A stretch of 64,000 nt of DNA. It comes from Verrucomicrobiota bacterium (lineage in GTDB: Bacteria; Verrucomicrobiota; Verrucomicrobiia; Limisphaerales; UBA11358). A program made the translations under genes and the position numbers. The stretch is from the NCBI GenBank assembly GCA_036803685.1, contig DAIRTX010000010.1, positions 2,074 through 66,073 of the forward strand, written 5' to 3'. The notes beneath the pieces are model-generated. The model worked only from the letters and a program-made list of their open reading frames with translations. It did no database searches and had not been told where the DNA came from. Within the stretch, counting starts at the first letter, position 1. Each line of letters opens with the position of its first letter. This document shows positions 8,865 through 17,759 of the stretch, in pieces.

Positions 8865-10148
8865 TCAATCAGTTTTCTTGCCGAAATTAGAATCCAACGG
8901 AACCAGACGGGCAACCATGAAACTGGGAACCGTTGCCAGCAGCACCCACACGAAGAAATGCGGATAACCGATATGTTCCTGCAACCAGCCGCTCCACATC
9001 CCGGGCAGCATCATGCCCAGCGCCATGAAGCCCGTGCAAATCGCGTAGTGCGCCGTCTGATGTTCGCCGCGCGCGATGTAAATCATGTAAAGCATGAATG
9101 CCGTGAAACCGAAGCCATAGCCGAATTGCTCGACGGCGACGCCCGTGCCAATCGCCCAAAAATTGTCCGGTTGCGCATAAGCCAGCCAGACGAACACCGC
9201 ATCCGGCAGATGAATCGCCAGCAACATCGGCCACAGCCAGAATTTCAATCCGTGGCGCGCCACAACAAAACCGCCGAGCAATCCACCGAGCATCAACGCG
9301 ATGACGCCAATCGTACCGTAAGCCAGACCGACTTGTTCGTTCACCAATCCCAGCCCGCCTTTTTCGCGCGGATCGAGCAAAAACAGTTGAACCATTTTAA
9401 CGAGTTGCGCCTCGCCCAGCCGGTAAAGCAGTAAAAAGAGCAGGAGCACGACGATTTTTGGCTTTTGGAAAAACGTGCCGAAGGTTTTAAAAAAACCGGC
9501 GAAGAAAGTTTCTGACGAACCAATCCCCTCGGGGTGATCCGCCGGTGGCTTGGGCAGGATGAAACAGTGATAAATGCCCAGACACAAAAAAAATCCGGCG
9601 ACGAACACAAACGCCATCAACCATGCGGTCGAATAATCGCCGGTGCGCTGGTAAAATTTTCCGGCCAGACTTACCAGCCCGCCCTGTGCGCAAATCATTG
9701 CCACGCGGTAAAACGTGCTGCGGATGCCGCTGAAAAACGCCTGCTCGCGTTCGGTCATCGCCAGCATGTAAAAACCGTCCGCCGCGATATCGTGGGTCGC
9801 GGAACTGAATGCCAGCAACCAGAAAAATGCGAGCGTGAGCTGGAAAAAATGCGGCGCGGGAATGGTCAGTGCCACACCCGCCAGACCCGCGCCGAGGAGC
9901 AATTGTGTCATCCAAATCCACAGCCGCCGGGTTTTGAGCAAATCCACCACCGGACTCCACAGCGGCTTGATGACCCACGGCAGATAAAGCCAGCTCGTGT
10001 AGAACGCAATGTCCGTGTTCGACACGCCGAGGTTTTTATAAAGCACCAGCGACACTGACATCGCCAGCGCATAAGGCAGTCCTTCGGCCACATAAAGCGT
10101 GGGAATCCAAAACCACGGACTGCGGGAACTGATTTTTGCGTCGGCCAT
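8865..10148 (-). CDS. AmpG-family (PAT) MFS permease
   Basis: 'LYVAEGLPYAL...YLPWVIKPLWSPVVD...SSATHDIAADGFY' matches conserved AmpG/PAT blocks. I chose the start at MADAKI (10148). The track ORF extends to 10214, which would overlap the divergent promoter region. Confidence 0.85.
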   Translation of the reverse strand: MADAKISSRSPWFWIPTLYVAEGLPYALAMSVSLVLYKNLGVSNTDIAFYTSWLYLPWVIKPLWSPVVDLLKTRRLWIWMTQLLLGAGLAGVALTIPAPHFFQLTLAFFWLLAFSSATHDIAADGFYMLAMTEREQAFFSGIRSTFYRVAMICAQGGLVSLAGKFYQRTGDYSTAWLMAFVFVAGFFLCLGIYHCFILPKPPADHPEGIGSSETFFAGFFKTFGTFFQKPKIVVLLLFLLLYRLGEAQLVKMVQLFLLDPREKGGLGLVNEQVGLAYGTIGVIALMLGGLLGGFVVARHGLKFWLWPMLLAIHLPDAVFVWLAYAQPDNFWAIGTGVAVEQFGYGFGFTAFMLYMIYIARGEHQTAHYAICTGFMALGMMLPGMWSGWLQEHIGYPHFFVWVLLATVPSFMVARLVPLDSNFGKKTD

Positions 10149-10232
10149 CCGCCCTTGAGTAACAGGCCGGAGTCGCGGGCGCAAAAATTTTCGGGCTTGC
10201 ACTTTGGCTCGCACCCTGCGTTGAGTCAGCGT

Positions 10233-10973
10233 ATGACCGGCGCATTTCTCAATGCATTGGGCATTTTAATCGGCGCGCTTTTGGGGCTGGTGATGCCCAG
10301 ACCGCTGTCCGTCCGAACGCAGGTTTTCTTTCGTTCGGCACTCGGCGTGTTCACCATTTTCTTCGGCCTGTGGCTCGTGTGGTTCAGTGTCAACGGAACT
10401 TTTTTGTCCGCATTGAAGCAAATATTCATTGCCGTGCTTGCCATAACCTTGGGTTTTTGGATCGGCAAACTGTTGCACCTGCAAAAGTTATCGAACCGGC
10501 TTGGCCGTTACGCGGGCAATTTGGTCGTGTCCGCGCAATCGGACGCGCCGCGCAAAATCGGCGGCGGCTTCATCGCTTGTACCATTTTATTTTGCGCCGC
10601 TCCACTGGGCTGGCTGGGAGCAGTGGCCGATGGCTTGCCGCCGATGGAAAGTCCGTCCGGTTATTTCTGGCTGCTGGCGGTCAAAGCCGTGATGGACGGT
10701 CTGGCCATGACCGGTTTCGTGAAAATATTTGGCTGGCCGTCCGCCCTGTCGGCGTTTCCGGCTTTCATTTTTCTCAGCGCCATCACGTTCGCCTGCCAGT
10801 TTTACGCGAAACCGTTTCTCGCCGCGCACGGGCTGGTTGATCCGGTCAATGCCGCCGCCGGCCTGATCGCGTGTGCCATTGCGTTGATGATTTTTGAAGT
10901 CCGCCGGGTCGAACTGGCGAATTTTCTGCCGGCCCTGGCTGTCGCGCCGCTGCTCGCGTGGTGGCTGAAATAA
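10233..10973 (+). CDS. DUF554-family membrane protein
   Basis: The start 'MTGAFLNALGILIGALLGL' is typical of the DUF554 (YdfK/YqgA-like) N-terminus. The rest is a multi-pass hydrophobic protein. The track ORF begins at 10155. Confidence 0.75.
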   Translation: MTGAFLNALGILIGALLGLVMPRPLSVRTQVFFRSALGVFTIFFGLWLVWFSVNGTFLSALKQIFIAVLAITLGFWIGKLLHLQKLSNRLGRYAGNLVVSAQSDAPRKIGGGFIACTILFCAAPLGWLGAVADGLPPMESPSGYFWLLAVKAVMDGLAMTGFVKIFGWPSALSAFPAFIFLSAITFACQFYAKPFLAAHGLVDPVNAAAGLIACAIALMIFEVRRVELANFLPALAVAPLLAWWLK

Positions 10974-11007
10974 ATTGTCCGATTCCGCGTTGTGCGGCCA
11001 TGTATAG

Positions 11008-12597
11008 ATGATGAGCGATGATATGACGTTGATGCGGGAGTTCGCCGCCAATCAATCCGAACCGGCGTTTGCCGCGCTGGTGGAACGGCACATCGGCCTC
11101 GTCCATTCGGCGGCGGTGCGGCAGGTGGGCGACGCGCATCTGGCGGAGGAAATCACCCAGGCCGTGTTCATCATCCTTGCGCGCAAAGCCGCGTCGCTCG
11201 GGCCGAAGACCATTCTCTCCGCGTGGCTGTATCGCACCACGCGCTACGCGGCGGCGGACGCGCTCAGAGCCAGACGCCGCCGTCAGGCCCGCGAACAGGA
11301 GGCATTCATGCAATCCACTTTGAACCAACCGGACGTCGACGCCTGGGCGCAACTCGCGCCGCTGCTCGACGACGCCCTGGCCGAACTGGGCGAAACCGAC
11401 CGCACCACGCTGGTGCTGCGGTTTTTTGAAAACAAAACCGCACGCGAAATTGCCAAGGCTTTGCGGATGGAGGAAGCCGCGGCGCAGAAACGCGTGGCGC
11501 GGGCGCTGGAAAAACTGCGCGCCATCTTTGTGAAACGCGGCGTGACGCTGACGGTCACGGTCATTGCCGGAGCGGTGGCGGCAAACTCCGTGAAAGCCGC
11601 GCCGGCAGGATTGGCGGCCAAAATTTTCGTGGTGGCGGCAAAGGGAGCGGCGGTTACAACATCAATAACAACTATTGTGAAAGGAACTCTCAAACTTATG
11701 ACATACGCAAAACTAAAATTGGCGCTCGGTATCAGCGCGGCAATCGTGCTCGCGGACGGGGCAATTACAATCGCCCTTTCAGAAACCGATAGTGTTGACA
11801 ATTTGCCGCCAAAGGAAATCGTCAAAAAGGCATTGGAAAAATACGCCTCACTTACGAGTTATAGCGACACGGGGAAAACTGTTTCTGTGCGAAATGGCAA
11901 GACAAACATTTCCACCACTTTTAACATCCGGCTGGGACGGACCAATCTCTATCGGATTGAATGGGAACAGACATCGTTTCCAGCAGTTCCAACAAAAGGC
12001 GCGGTTTGGTCGGCTGGTGATGGTGATTTTTCATTGTCTGGAGAAACCAGTTATGGCCCGCCCACACGGTATGAGAAAGAACAAAACATGGGTCGTGCTT
12101 TGGCCTACGCTGGTCTAGCCGGTTGGGGTGCGGCTAACGCCTTCTTTAATTTGGGTAGTAGTCTAAAAGCCTTGGAATTTGGAACTCGGATTGACGTGGT
12201 AAGACAAAAAGACGGAAAAATTGGAGACGCTGATTGTTATGTCATTGCTGGGAAGGCGAACAACCTCACAAGAACAGTCTGGATTGGCAAACGAGATTTT
12301 CTTGTGCATCAAAGCCAGGCGATCGAGAAACCTCCGACTCCCATGCCTGCTAATAATTCGGCACTCGATGCGGAATTTGAGCGGGAAGCAAAAGATATAC
12401 TCACACAAATGCATCGAGATATTACGCCCGAAGCCATTGCTTCAAAGAAATTGGAGCTGCGACAGGCAATGCAAGAAGCAAGCAGTTCAACGACAATTTT
12501 GACAGAGACACACGAAAACATCGTCGTGAATCAGCCATTCGCGAAAGAGGATTTTGTTTATCCAGTGCCCGCTGGTTTGCAGCCATTGGAAAAATAA
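11008..12597 (+). CDS. ECF-type sigma-70 factor fused to a transmembrane segment and a ~300-aa extracytoplasmic (LolA/DUF2092-like) domain
   Basis: 529 aa. Region 2 is '[38 protein letters not shown]'. Region 4 is '[41 protein letters not shown]'. A hydrophobic stretch '[20 protein letters not shown]' follows, then a beta-rich C-terminal domain. Confidence 0.85.
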   Translation: MMSDDMTLMREFAANQSEPAFAALVERHIGLVHSAAVRQVGDAHLAEEITQAVFIILARKAASLGPKTILSAWLYRTTRYAAADALRARRRRQAREQEAFMQSTLNQPDVDAWAQLAPLLDDALAELGETDRTTLVLRFFENKTAREIAKALRMEEAAAQKRVARALEKLRAIFVKRGVTLTVTVIAGAVAANSVKAAPAGLAAKIFVVAAKGAAVTTSITTIVKGTLKLMTYAKLKLALGISAAIVLADGAITIALSETDSVDNLPPKEIVKKALEKYASLTSYSDTGKTVSVRNGKTNISTTFNIRLGRTNLYRIEWEQTSFPAVPTKGAVWSAGDGDFSLSGETSYGPPTRYEKEQNMGRALAYAGLAGWGAANAFFNLGSSLKALEFGTRIDVVRQKDGKIGDADCYVIAGKANNLTRTVWIGKRDFLVHQSQAIEKPPTPMPANNSALDAEFEREAKDILTQMHRDITPEAIASKKLELRQAMQEASSSTTILTETHENIVVNQPFAKEDFVYPVPAGLQPLEK

Positions 12598-12656
12598 TTC
12601 AAAAAAGTTTGTCCGGTTTTCGGCTCCGGCGACCAGCCATCATTGCGAATGACACA

Positions 12657-12759
12657 GGAGCGCGGCGTTCACGCCGCTTCAACTCACGAATCGGAAGCGA
12701 CGAGACTTTTCCGGCACTGCTCCAGAATGGACGTTGAAGCGGGCTGAAGCCCGCGCTCC
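12657..12759. repeat. Palindromic element: 27-bp arms GGAGCGCGGCGTTCACGCCGCTTCAAC / GTTGAAGCGGGCTGAAGCCCGCGCTCC separated by 49 bp
   Basis: The arms are near-perfect reverse complements, and each arm contains its own mini-hairpin. Read directly. Confidence 0.8.
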
Positions 12760-12825
12760 GTCCAAAATGTTCGGCCAAGTGATTCACGCTTCCATTTTCC
12801 ATCCTCCATCCGCTATCCTCGCCGC

Positions 12826-13482
12826 ATGAACTGCATCGTCACCGCCGGACCGACCTATGAGCCGCTGGACGACGTGCGGCGGCTCACGAATTTCTCGACC
12901 GGCCGCCTCGGCACGGAGCTGGCCAATTTTCTGGCCGCGCGCGGTCACAAGGTGATTCTGCTCATTGGCACCATGGCCACGCATGGTGGTGAACGGCGCG
13001 CGCAGCGGGTGGAAACGTTCACCACAACGGCGGACCTGCGCGAAAAGCTGAAAGCGGTGTCGGCCAAAAAAGTGGACGCGATTTTTCACGCGGCGGCGGT
13101 CAGCGATTTCGCGTTCGGAAGAATTTTCACGCCCAACGAATCCGGCAAACTCACCGAAATCAAGTCGGTCAATAAAATTCCCACCCGGCAAAGCAAGTTG
13201 CTCGTCGAACTGGTGGCGACGCCCAAAATCATCGCCAAGCTCCGCGGCTGGTTTCCGCGAACGCGGATCGTGGGATGGAAATTTGAAGGGGACGGCGGGC
13301 GTGCCGACGCCATCAGCGCCGCCCGGCGGCAAATCGCCGAATGTTCAACGGATTTATGTGTCGCCAACGGCCCGGCCTACGGCGAGGGCTTTGGCTTGGT
13401 GGCGCGGGATGGCAAGGCGGCGCATCTGGCCAGCGCACCGCTGTTGTTTGAAGCGTTGGATAAATTTGTGCGTTCCCCGTAG
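12826..13482 (+). CDS. coaB: Phosphopantothenate-cysteine ligase (CoaB domain, stand-alone)
   Basis: 218 aa. 'IVTAGPTYEPLDDVRRLTNFSTGRLGTELA' is the CoaB (DFP C-terminal domain) signature. No CoaC half is attached. Confidence 0.85.
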   Translation: MNCIVTAGPTYEPLDDVRRLTNFSTGRLGTELANFLAARGHKVILLIGTMATHGGERRAQRVETFTTTADLREKLKAVSAKKVDAIFHAAAVSDFAFGRIFTPNESGKLTEIKSVNKIPTRQSKLLVELVATPKIIAKLRGWFPRTRIVGWKFEGDGGRADAISAARRQIAECSTDLCVANGPAYGEGFGLVARDGKAAHLASAPLLFEALDKFVRSP

Positions 13483-13686
13483 GAGCCGACGGGAGAAGAA
13501 TCAGACTGAATTCCGAAGTCCGAATTCCGAGATCCGAAAGAAATTCGAACGCCGAAATCCGAAGTGACCAAGCTGGCGGCTCAACCTCCGGTTCCCGGAT
13601 TCGACATTCGGGCTTCGGGCTTCTTTCGGATTTCGGGTTTCGAGCTTCGGATTTAAAATCGTGAGCCTCGTTACCCCGGCTGCTAC
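13479..13686. repeat. ~205-bp nested imperfect palindrome (outer arms GTAGGAGCCGACGGG / CCCCGGCTGCTAC; inner arms of TCCGAA/TTCGGA-rich units)
   Basis: It occupies the whole convergent spacer between coaB and the permease gene. The inner arms share ATCCGAAAGAA in reverse-complement orientation. Confidence 0.7.
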
Positions 13687-13693
13687 AGATGAT

Positions 13694-15412
13694 TCACGCC
13701 TCGAAATTTTTCAATTGCCGCAGTCCCAATTTCAACGGCAGCCAGCCGATGCAAAAGGACAGCAGCATAAAGCCGATGATGCCTTCTGCCGCCCAGCTTG
13801 CGCGTGCGTGCAGGCCGGCTGCGCCAAACATCAGCAACAGCACGGAGGCCAGGATGTAAAACGAACTCAGCACGAAGCAGAGCGTGCCCCCAAAACCGCT
13901 GACGATTTTGTTCAAGTTGGACTCCTTCAGGTTGGGATAAAGGACACCCAGTCCGATGGCGAGACCATTGAGTGCGAACGTCATTACGGTGACGACCGCG
14001 GCAAAAAACAGCACGCGGTCCCAACTCATCTTGAGCAGATAACAGGACAGCGTGATGAGGCCGGACGTGACAAACAGCGACGAGATGCTGGCCAGCCAGA
14101 ACTTGGTTTTGACCACGCGCGCCATGCCCATCGGCGCCAGGCCGATGATCCACAGCCGCCGGCCTTCGAGCGAAAATTGCGGAAACACGAACCGCGTCGT
14201 CACCGAGGCGAGATTCAACGAGCAAATGCCGAGATTCAGAAACGCGACCAGGTTGACCCAAAACGGGCTGGTCAACTGGTGCGTGAAGTTTCGCAGGTTG
14301 ATGATGTAAACCCCCAGCAGGCCGAACAGCATCACCGACTGGCCCCATTGCGTGGTGTCGCGCCAAAACATCCGCAGGTCTTTGACCGCCAGCGCGCGCG
14401 TGTCGCGGTCGAGCCAGAATAATTTCGCCGCGATTATTTCGAGCCGGCCGGCGGAATGCCGGCGGTTCTGGCGGGCGTGAAACCAATTCCACCGGCCGCC
14501 CGCGCGGCTTTGCACCGCCGACGCCGTGTTGTAAAACACATTGCCAAACCATGTGAACGCAATTCCGCCGAAAAACAGCGTGTAGCTCAACAGCACCAGC
14601 GTGAAAAATGCCGCGCCGCGCAGGACGCCCTCGGCCCATTGCAACACGGCCGACGACAGCCAGTAGCTCGGCAGAAACGGAAACATTGTGAATCGCGTCT
14701 TGGCGAGCAGCAGATCGAGCGCTTCGAGGGTGCGCTTGTCGAGCAACTCGTCGTCAACCGGCTGGGCCTTCCACCAAAACGCCGCCACCGCCAGCAAAGC
14801 GATGGCCATCCCGATCATGGCGATTTGAAAACTGCGCCGGTCCAAAAATCTCCCCACCCAAATTGCCAGAACCGCGCCCAGCACGCCCGGCAGCACGATA
14901 AACAGCGCGATAAGCACCAGCGTCACCGGATAGAAATGCCATGGCACTCCGCGCAACAAACCAAACGCCGCGAGCAACGGCGCAATCAAAAAAACAAACG
15001 CCCACGACGCCAGCACCGTGGATTCGATGAATTTCCAGCGGAAAATGGTCTGGGTCGGAACCGGCAGCGTCAGCAGAAACGCCGTCTCCCGATTGCGGAA
15101 CAAATTTGTGTAGCCGATGATGAGGTTGCTCAACAGCAGCAGCGCGAACAAAAATGCGAACAACACATACATCAGCCGCTCCGTAAGCACCGCACCCAGG
15201 CCTGGAAATTTCGCTATGAATCTCAGCCCGTGATAGAACAGCTCGAACGACACGACGAGATAACCGGCCAGGAACAACGCGATGATGCCGGTAAGCAACC
15301 GCGATTGATCGCGCACGGACAAGAGCCGCCGCCAGCTTTGCAGCGCGTTGACGCGCACGAGCAACCACAGCGGCGGGGGTACAGGTTTGGGCGGGTGGAA
15401 ACTTTCGGGCAT
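13694..15412 (-). CDS. Polytopic membrane protein, putative ABC-exporter-type permease (family assignment uncertain)
   Basis: About 572 aa from MPESFHPPKP (start at 15412; the track ORF runs to 15571), with at least 12 hydrophobic segments. No partner ATPase gene is adjacent. Confidence 0.7.
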   Translation of the reverse strand: MPESFHPPKPVPPPLWLLVRVNALQSWRRLLSVRDQSRLLTGIIALFLAGYLVVSFELFYHGLRFIAKFPGLGAVLTERLMYVLFAFLFALLLLSNLIIGYTNLFRNRETAFLLTLPVPTQTIFRWKFIESTVLASWAFVFLIAPLLAAFGLLRGVPWHFYPVTLVLIALFIVLPGVLGAVLAIWVGRFLDRRSFQIAMIGMAIALLAVAAFWWKAQPVDDELLDKRTLEALDLLLAKTRFTMFPFLPSYWLSSAVLQWAEGVLRGAAFFTLVLLSYTLFFGGIAFTWFGNVFYNTASAVQSRAGGRWNWFHARQNRRHSAGRLEIIAAKLFWLDRDTRALAVKDLRMFWRDTTQWGQSVMLFGLLGVYIINLRNFTHQLTSPFWVNLVAFLNLGICSLNLASVTTRFVFPQFSLEGRRLWIIGLAPMGMARVVKTKFWLASISSLFVTSGLITLSCYLLKMSWDRVLFFAAVVTVMTFALNGLAIGLGVLYPNLKESNLNKIVSGFGGTLCFVLSSFYILASVLLLMFGAAGLHARASWAAEGIIGFMLLSFCIGWLPLKLGLRQLKNFEA

Positions 15413-15522
15413 CGCGGGAAAAGTAGCCGCAAATGTCTTTTTGTGCAACGTCACTGCGAACGGAGCGCGGACAGCTTGTCGGCGCTCCTTTCCCGTTGAA
15501 GCGGCGGTGAACGGTTTGTATC

Positions 15523-17607
15523 GTGCGGGCGATGTCGCCGCCGGAAACCAAATCTTCCCCGCTCGCCGCACCGGTCACTTCGCTTTGGAGTGTTGGTGCG
15601 GAGCGCGCGGCCCAACTTGCGCGCCTCGACATCCACACCGTCGAGGATTTGTTGTTGCACCGGCCGCGGCGTTACGAGGATCGCCGGCACTTCCGCAAAA
15701 TCGCTGAACTGACGAAGGACGAACCCGCGACGGCGCGCGGCACGATTGTCGCGCTGGGGCTCAGACGTTTTCGCGGCGGCAGCAAATCCGTTTTTGAAAT
15801 CATTCTCGACGACGGCTCAACGCGGCTGCATTGCCGCTGGTGGAACCTGCCGTTCATGCAAAATTATTTTGCCATGGGCGACGAGGTTTTTGTTTACGGC
15901 AAATTGAGCGAAACGAAGCCGCGCGTGATGACTCATCCCGAAACCGAAGTCATCGAAGGCGGCGAGGAAAGTTTCATCCACCTCAACCGCATCGCGCCGG
16001 TGTATCCGCTCACTGAGGGCTTGCCGCAACGCTGGCTGCGCGGGCTGATCTGGCGCACGCTGGGAAAATTTGAAACGCAAATCGCGGAACCGGCTTTAAC
16101 GTGCTGCCGACATCCTGTCGGCAGTTCTGAAATTTCTTCTTCCGGCAAGATGCCGGAAGCACTTTCTCTTCCGACGCGCGCCAATGCGGTTCACCTGACG
16201 CATTTCCCCGAAGAACTGACCGATGTCGAAATTGCGCGCCGGCGGCTGGCGCTGGACGAGTTCATTGAATTGCAGGTTCAAATCCAAACCCGGCGGAAAA
16301 ATTTTGAATCGCACGCAACGGCGTTGCCGTGCGGCGGCAACAATCGCCTCATCAAACCGTTTCTTGCCCGGCTCGGCTTCAAGCTTACCGATGCGCAAAC
16401 GAAAGTGCTGCGCGAAATCCGCAAGGACATGGGCGGCGCGCATCCGATGCGGCGGTTGCTGCAAGGCGATGTCGGTTCGGGCAAAACCGTCGTGGCTGCT
16501 TGTACGGCGCTGATGGCGTTGGAAAGCGGCTTCAACGTCGCGCTCATGGCCCCGACGGAGATTCTGGCCGAACAACATTTTCAGAATTTCAAAAAGTGGT
16601 TTGAGCCGCTGGGGGTGAAGGTGGAATTGCAAACAGGGAATCGGAAAACATCCAACATCCAACATCCAACATCCAACATCGAACGAACGGTCGATCACGC
16701 ATCACGCATCACGCATCACGCATCACTTTTCATTGGCACTCACGCCCTGCTCACGTCCGGTTTTGATTTGCCGAAGCTCGGCCTGGTCATCATTGACGAG
16801 CAGCACAAGTTTGGTGTGGCACAGCGCGAACAGCTTGTGCGCAAAGGTCGTTATCCGCATTTGCTCGTGATGACGGCGACGCCGATTCCGCGCACGCTCG
16901 GCCTCACGCTTTACGGCGACCTCGAGGTGTCGGTGATTGACGAACTGCCCGGTGGCCGCGGCCAAATCAAAACGTTCATCCGCACGGCCGATCCCGCCGG
17001 GGCGGGACCGAAGGTTTGGGAGTTTATCCGCGAAAAACTCGCTGCCGGGCGACAGGCTTATGTGGTTTATCCCCGCGTCGAAGAATCGGGCGGGAAAGGT
17101 TTGAAAGCGGTGACGAAAGAATTTGAAAATTTGAAAACTTTGCTTGTGCCATTTCGCGTCGGATTGCTGCACGGGCGATTAAAGAGCCGCGAAAAAAACG
17201 AGGTGATGACGGAATTTCGTGCTGGCGGGGTGAACGTATTGCTCGCGACTTCGCTCATCGAGGTCGGCGTGGATGTGCCGAACGCCACGGTCATGCTCGT
17301 CGAAAACGCCGAGGCGTTCGGGCTGGCACAACTTCACCAGTTGCGCGGGCGCATCGGACGCGGCGCCCATGAGTCGTATTGCATTTTGGTTTCCGACGCG
17401 GAAACTGCCGGGGCGAATGAACGCCTGAAAGTACTGGAAGAAACGAACGACGGTTTTCGCATCGCAGAGACGGACTTGAAATTGCGCGGGCCGGGCGAGT
17501 TGCTCGGTCAGCAGCAAAGCGGTTTGCCGAAATTCCGTTTCGGCAATCTGGCTGACGATCTCGATTTGATCCAGCAGGCGCGCGAGTTGGCGGCGAAAAT
17601 GGCGTAG
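15523..17607 (+). CDS. recG: ATP-dependent DNA helicase RecG
   Basis: 694 aa. Walker A 'GDVGSGKTVVAA', 'DEQHKFGV', 'TATPIPRTL' and 'QLRGRIGRG'. The N-terminal wedge-domain context is 'LHRPRRYEDR'. Confidence 0.95.
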   Translation: MRAMSPPETKSSPLAAPVTSLWSVGAERAAQLARLDIHTVEDLLLHRPRRYEDRRHFRKIAELTKDEPATARGTIVALGLRRFRGGSKSVFEIILDDGSTRLHCRWWNLPFMQNYFAMGDEVFVYGKLSETKPRVMTHPETEVIEGGEESFIHLNRIAPVYPLTEGLPQRWLRGLIWRTLGKFETQIAEPALTCCRHPVGSSEISSSGKMPEALSLPTRANAVHLTHFPEELTDVEIARRRLALDEFIELQVQIQTRRKNFESHATALPCGGNNRLIKPFLARLGFKLTDAQTKVLREIRKDMGGAHPMRRLLQGDVGSGKTVVAACTALMALESGFNVALMAPTEILAEQHFQNFKKWFEPLGVKVELQTGNRKTSNIQHPTSNIERTVDHASRITHHASLFIGTHALLTSGFDLPKLGLVIIDEQHKFGVAQREQLVRKGRYPHLLVMTATPIPRTLGLTLYGDLEVSVIDELPGGRGQIKTFIRTADPAGAGPKVWEFIREKLAAGRQAYVVYPRVEESGGKGLKAVTKEFENLKTLLVPFRVGLLHGRLKSREKNEVMTEFRAGGVNVLLATSLIEVGVDVPNATVMLVENAEAFGLAQLHQLRGRIGRGAHESYCILVSDAETAGANERLKVLEETNDGFRIAETDLKLRGPGELLGQQQSGLPKFRFGNLADDLDLIQQARELAAKMA
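16104..16159. repeat. Twin-hairpin element inside recG (CTGCCGAC-atcct-GTCGGCAG ... CTTCCGGC-aagat-GCCGGAAG)
   Basis: Two perfect 8-bp stems read directly. It encodes 'CCRHPVGSSEISSSGKMPEA'. The same family occurs at 56137..56185 and 28122..28192. Confidence 0.85.
16648..16726. repeat. Two heptanucleotide tandem arrays inside recG: (ACATCCA)x~4.7 and (GCATCAC)x~4.8
   Basis: Read directly. Together they encode 'TSNIQHPTSNIERTVDHASRITHHAS', immediately N-terminal to 'IGTHAL'. Confidence 0.9.
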
Positions 17608-17612
17608 TGTTC

Positions 17613-17668
17613 GGCCTGCCGCCGTCGCGCCGTAGCGGCGCTTTGGCGCGCCGCGAAGGCGGATGGCC
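17613..17668. repeat. GC-rich palindromic element just downstream of recG (GGCCTGCCGCC ... GGCGGATGGCC)
   Basis: Inverted arms with inner GCCG/CGGC sub-hairpins, read directly. Confidence 0.55.
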
Positions 17669-17759
17669 GAAAGGATCGAGCCACAAGCCCGACGCTGCAA
17701 CCAAATCGCCCAGCCCAAGTTCGGCTTGGATTTTTCGCAGTTTGGGGTAAATTGCCAAC

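Noticed and set aside
16648-16726. The tandem arrays in recG, mfd, prmC and the MFS gene as possible CRISPR arrays.
   Set aside because: The units are 7-8 nt and contiguous with no spacers. They lie inside open reading frames, and no cas genes are present.
15523-17607. recG (and mfd, uvrB, prmC) as pseudogenes because of the repeat insertions.
   Set aside because: All the frames are continuous over their full length, and every catalytic motif I can recognise is intact. The insertions are in frame.
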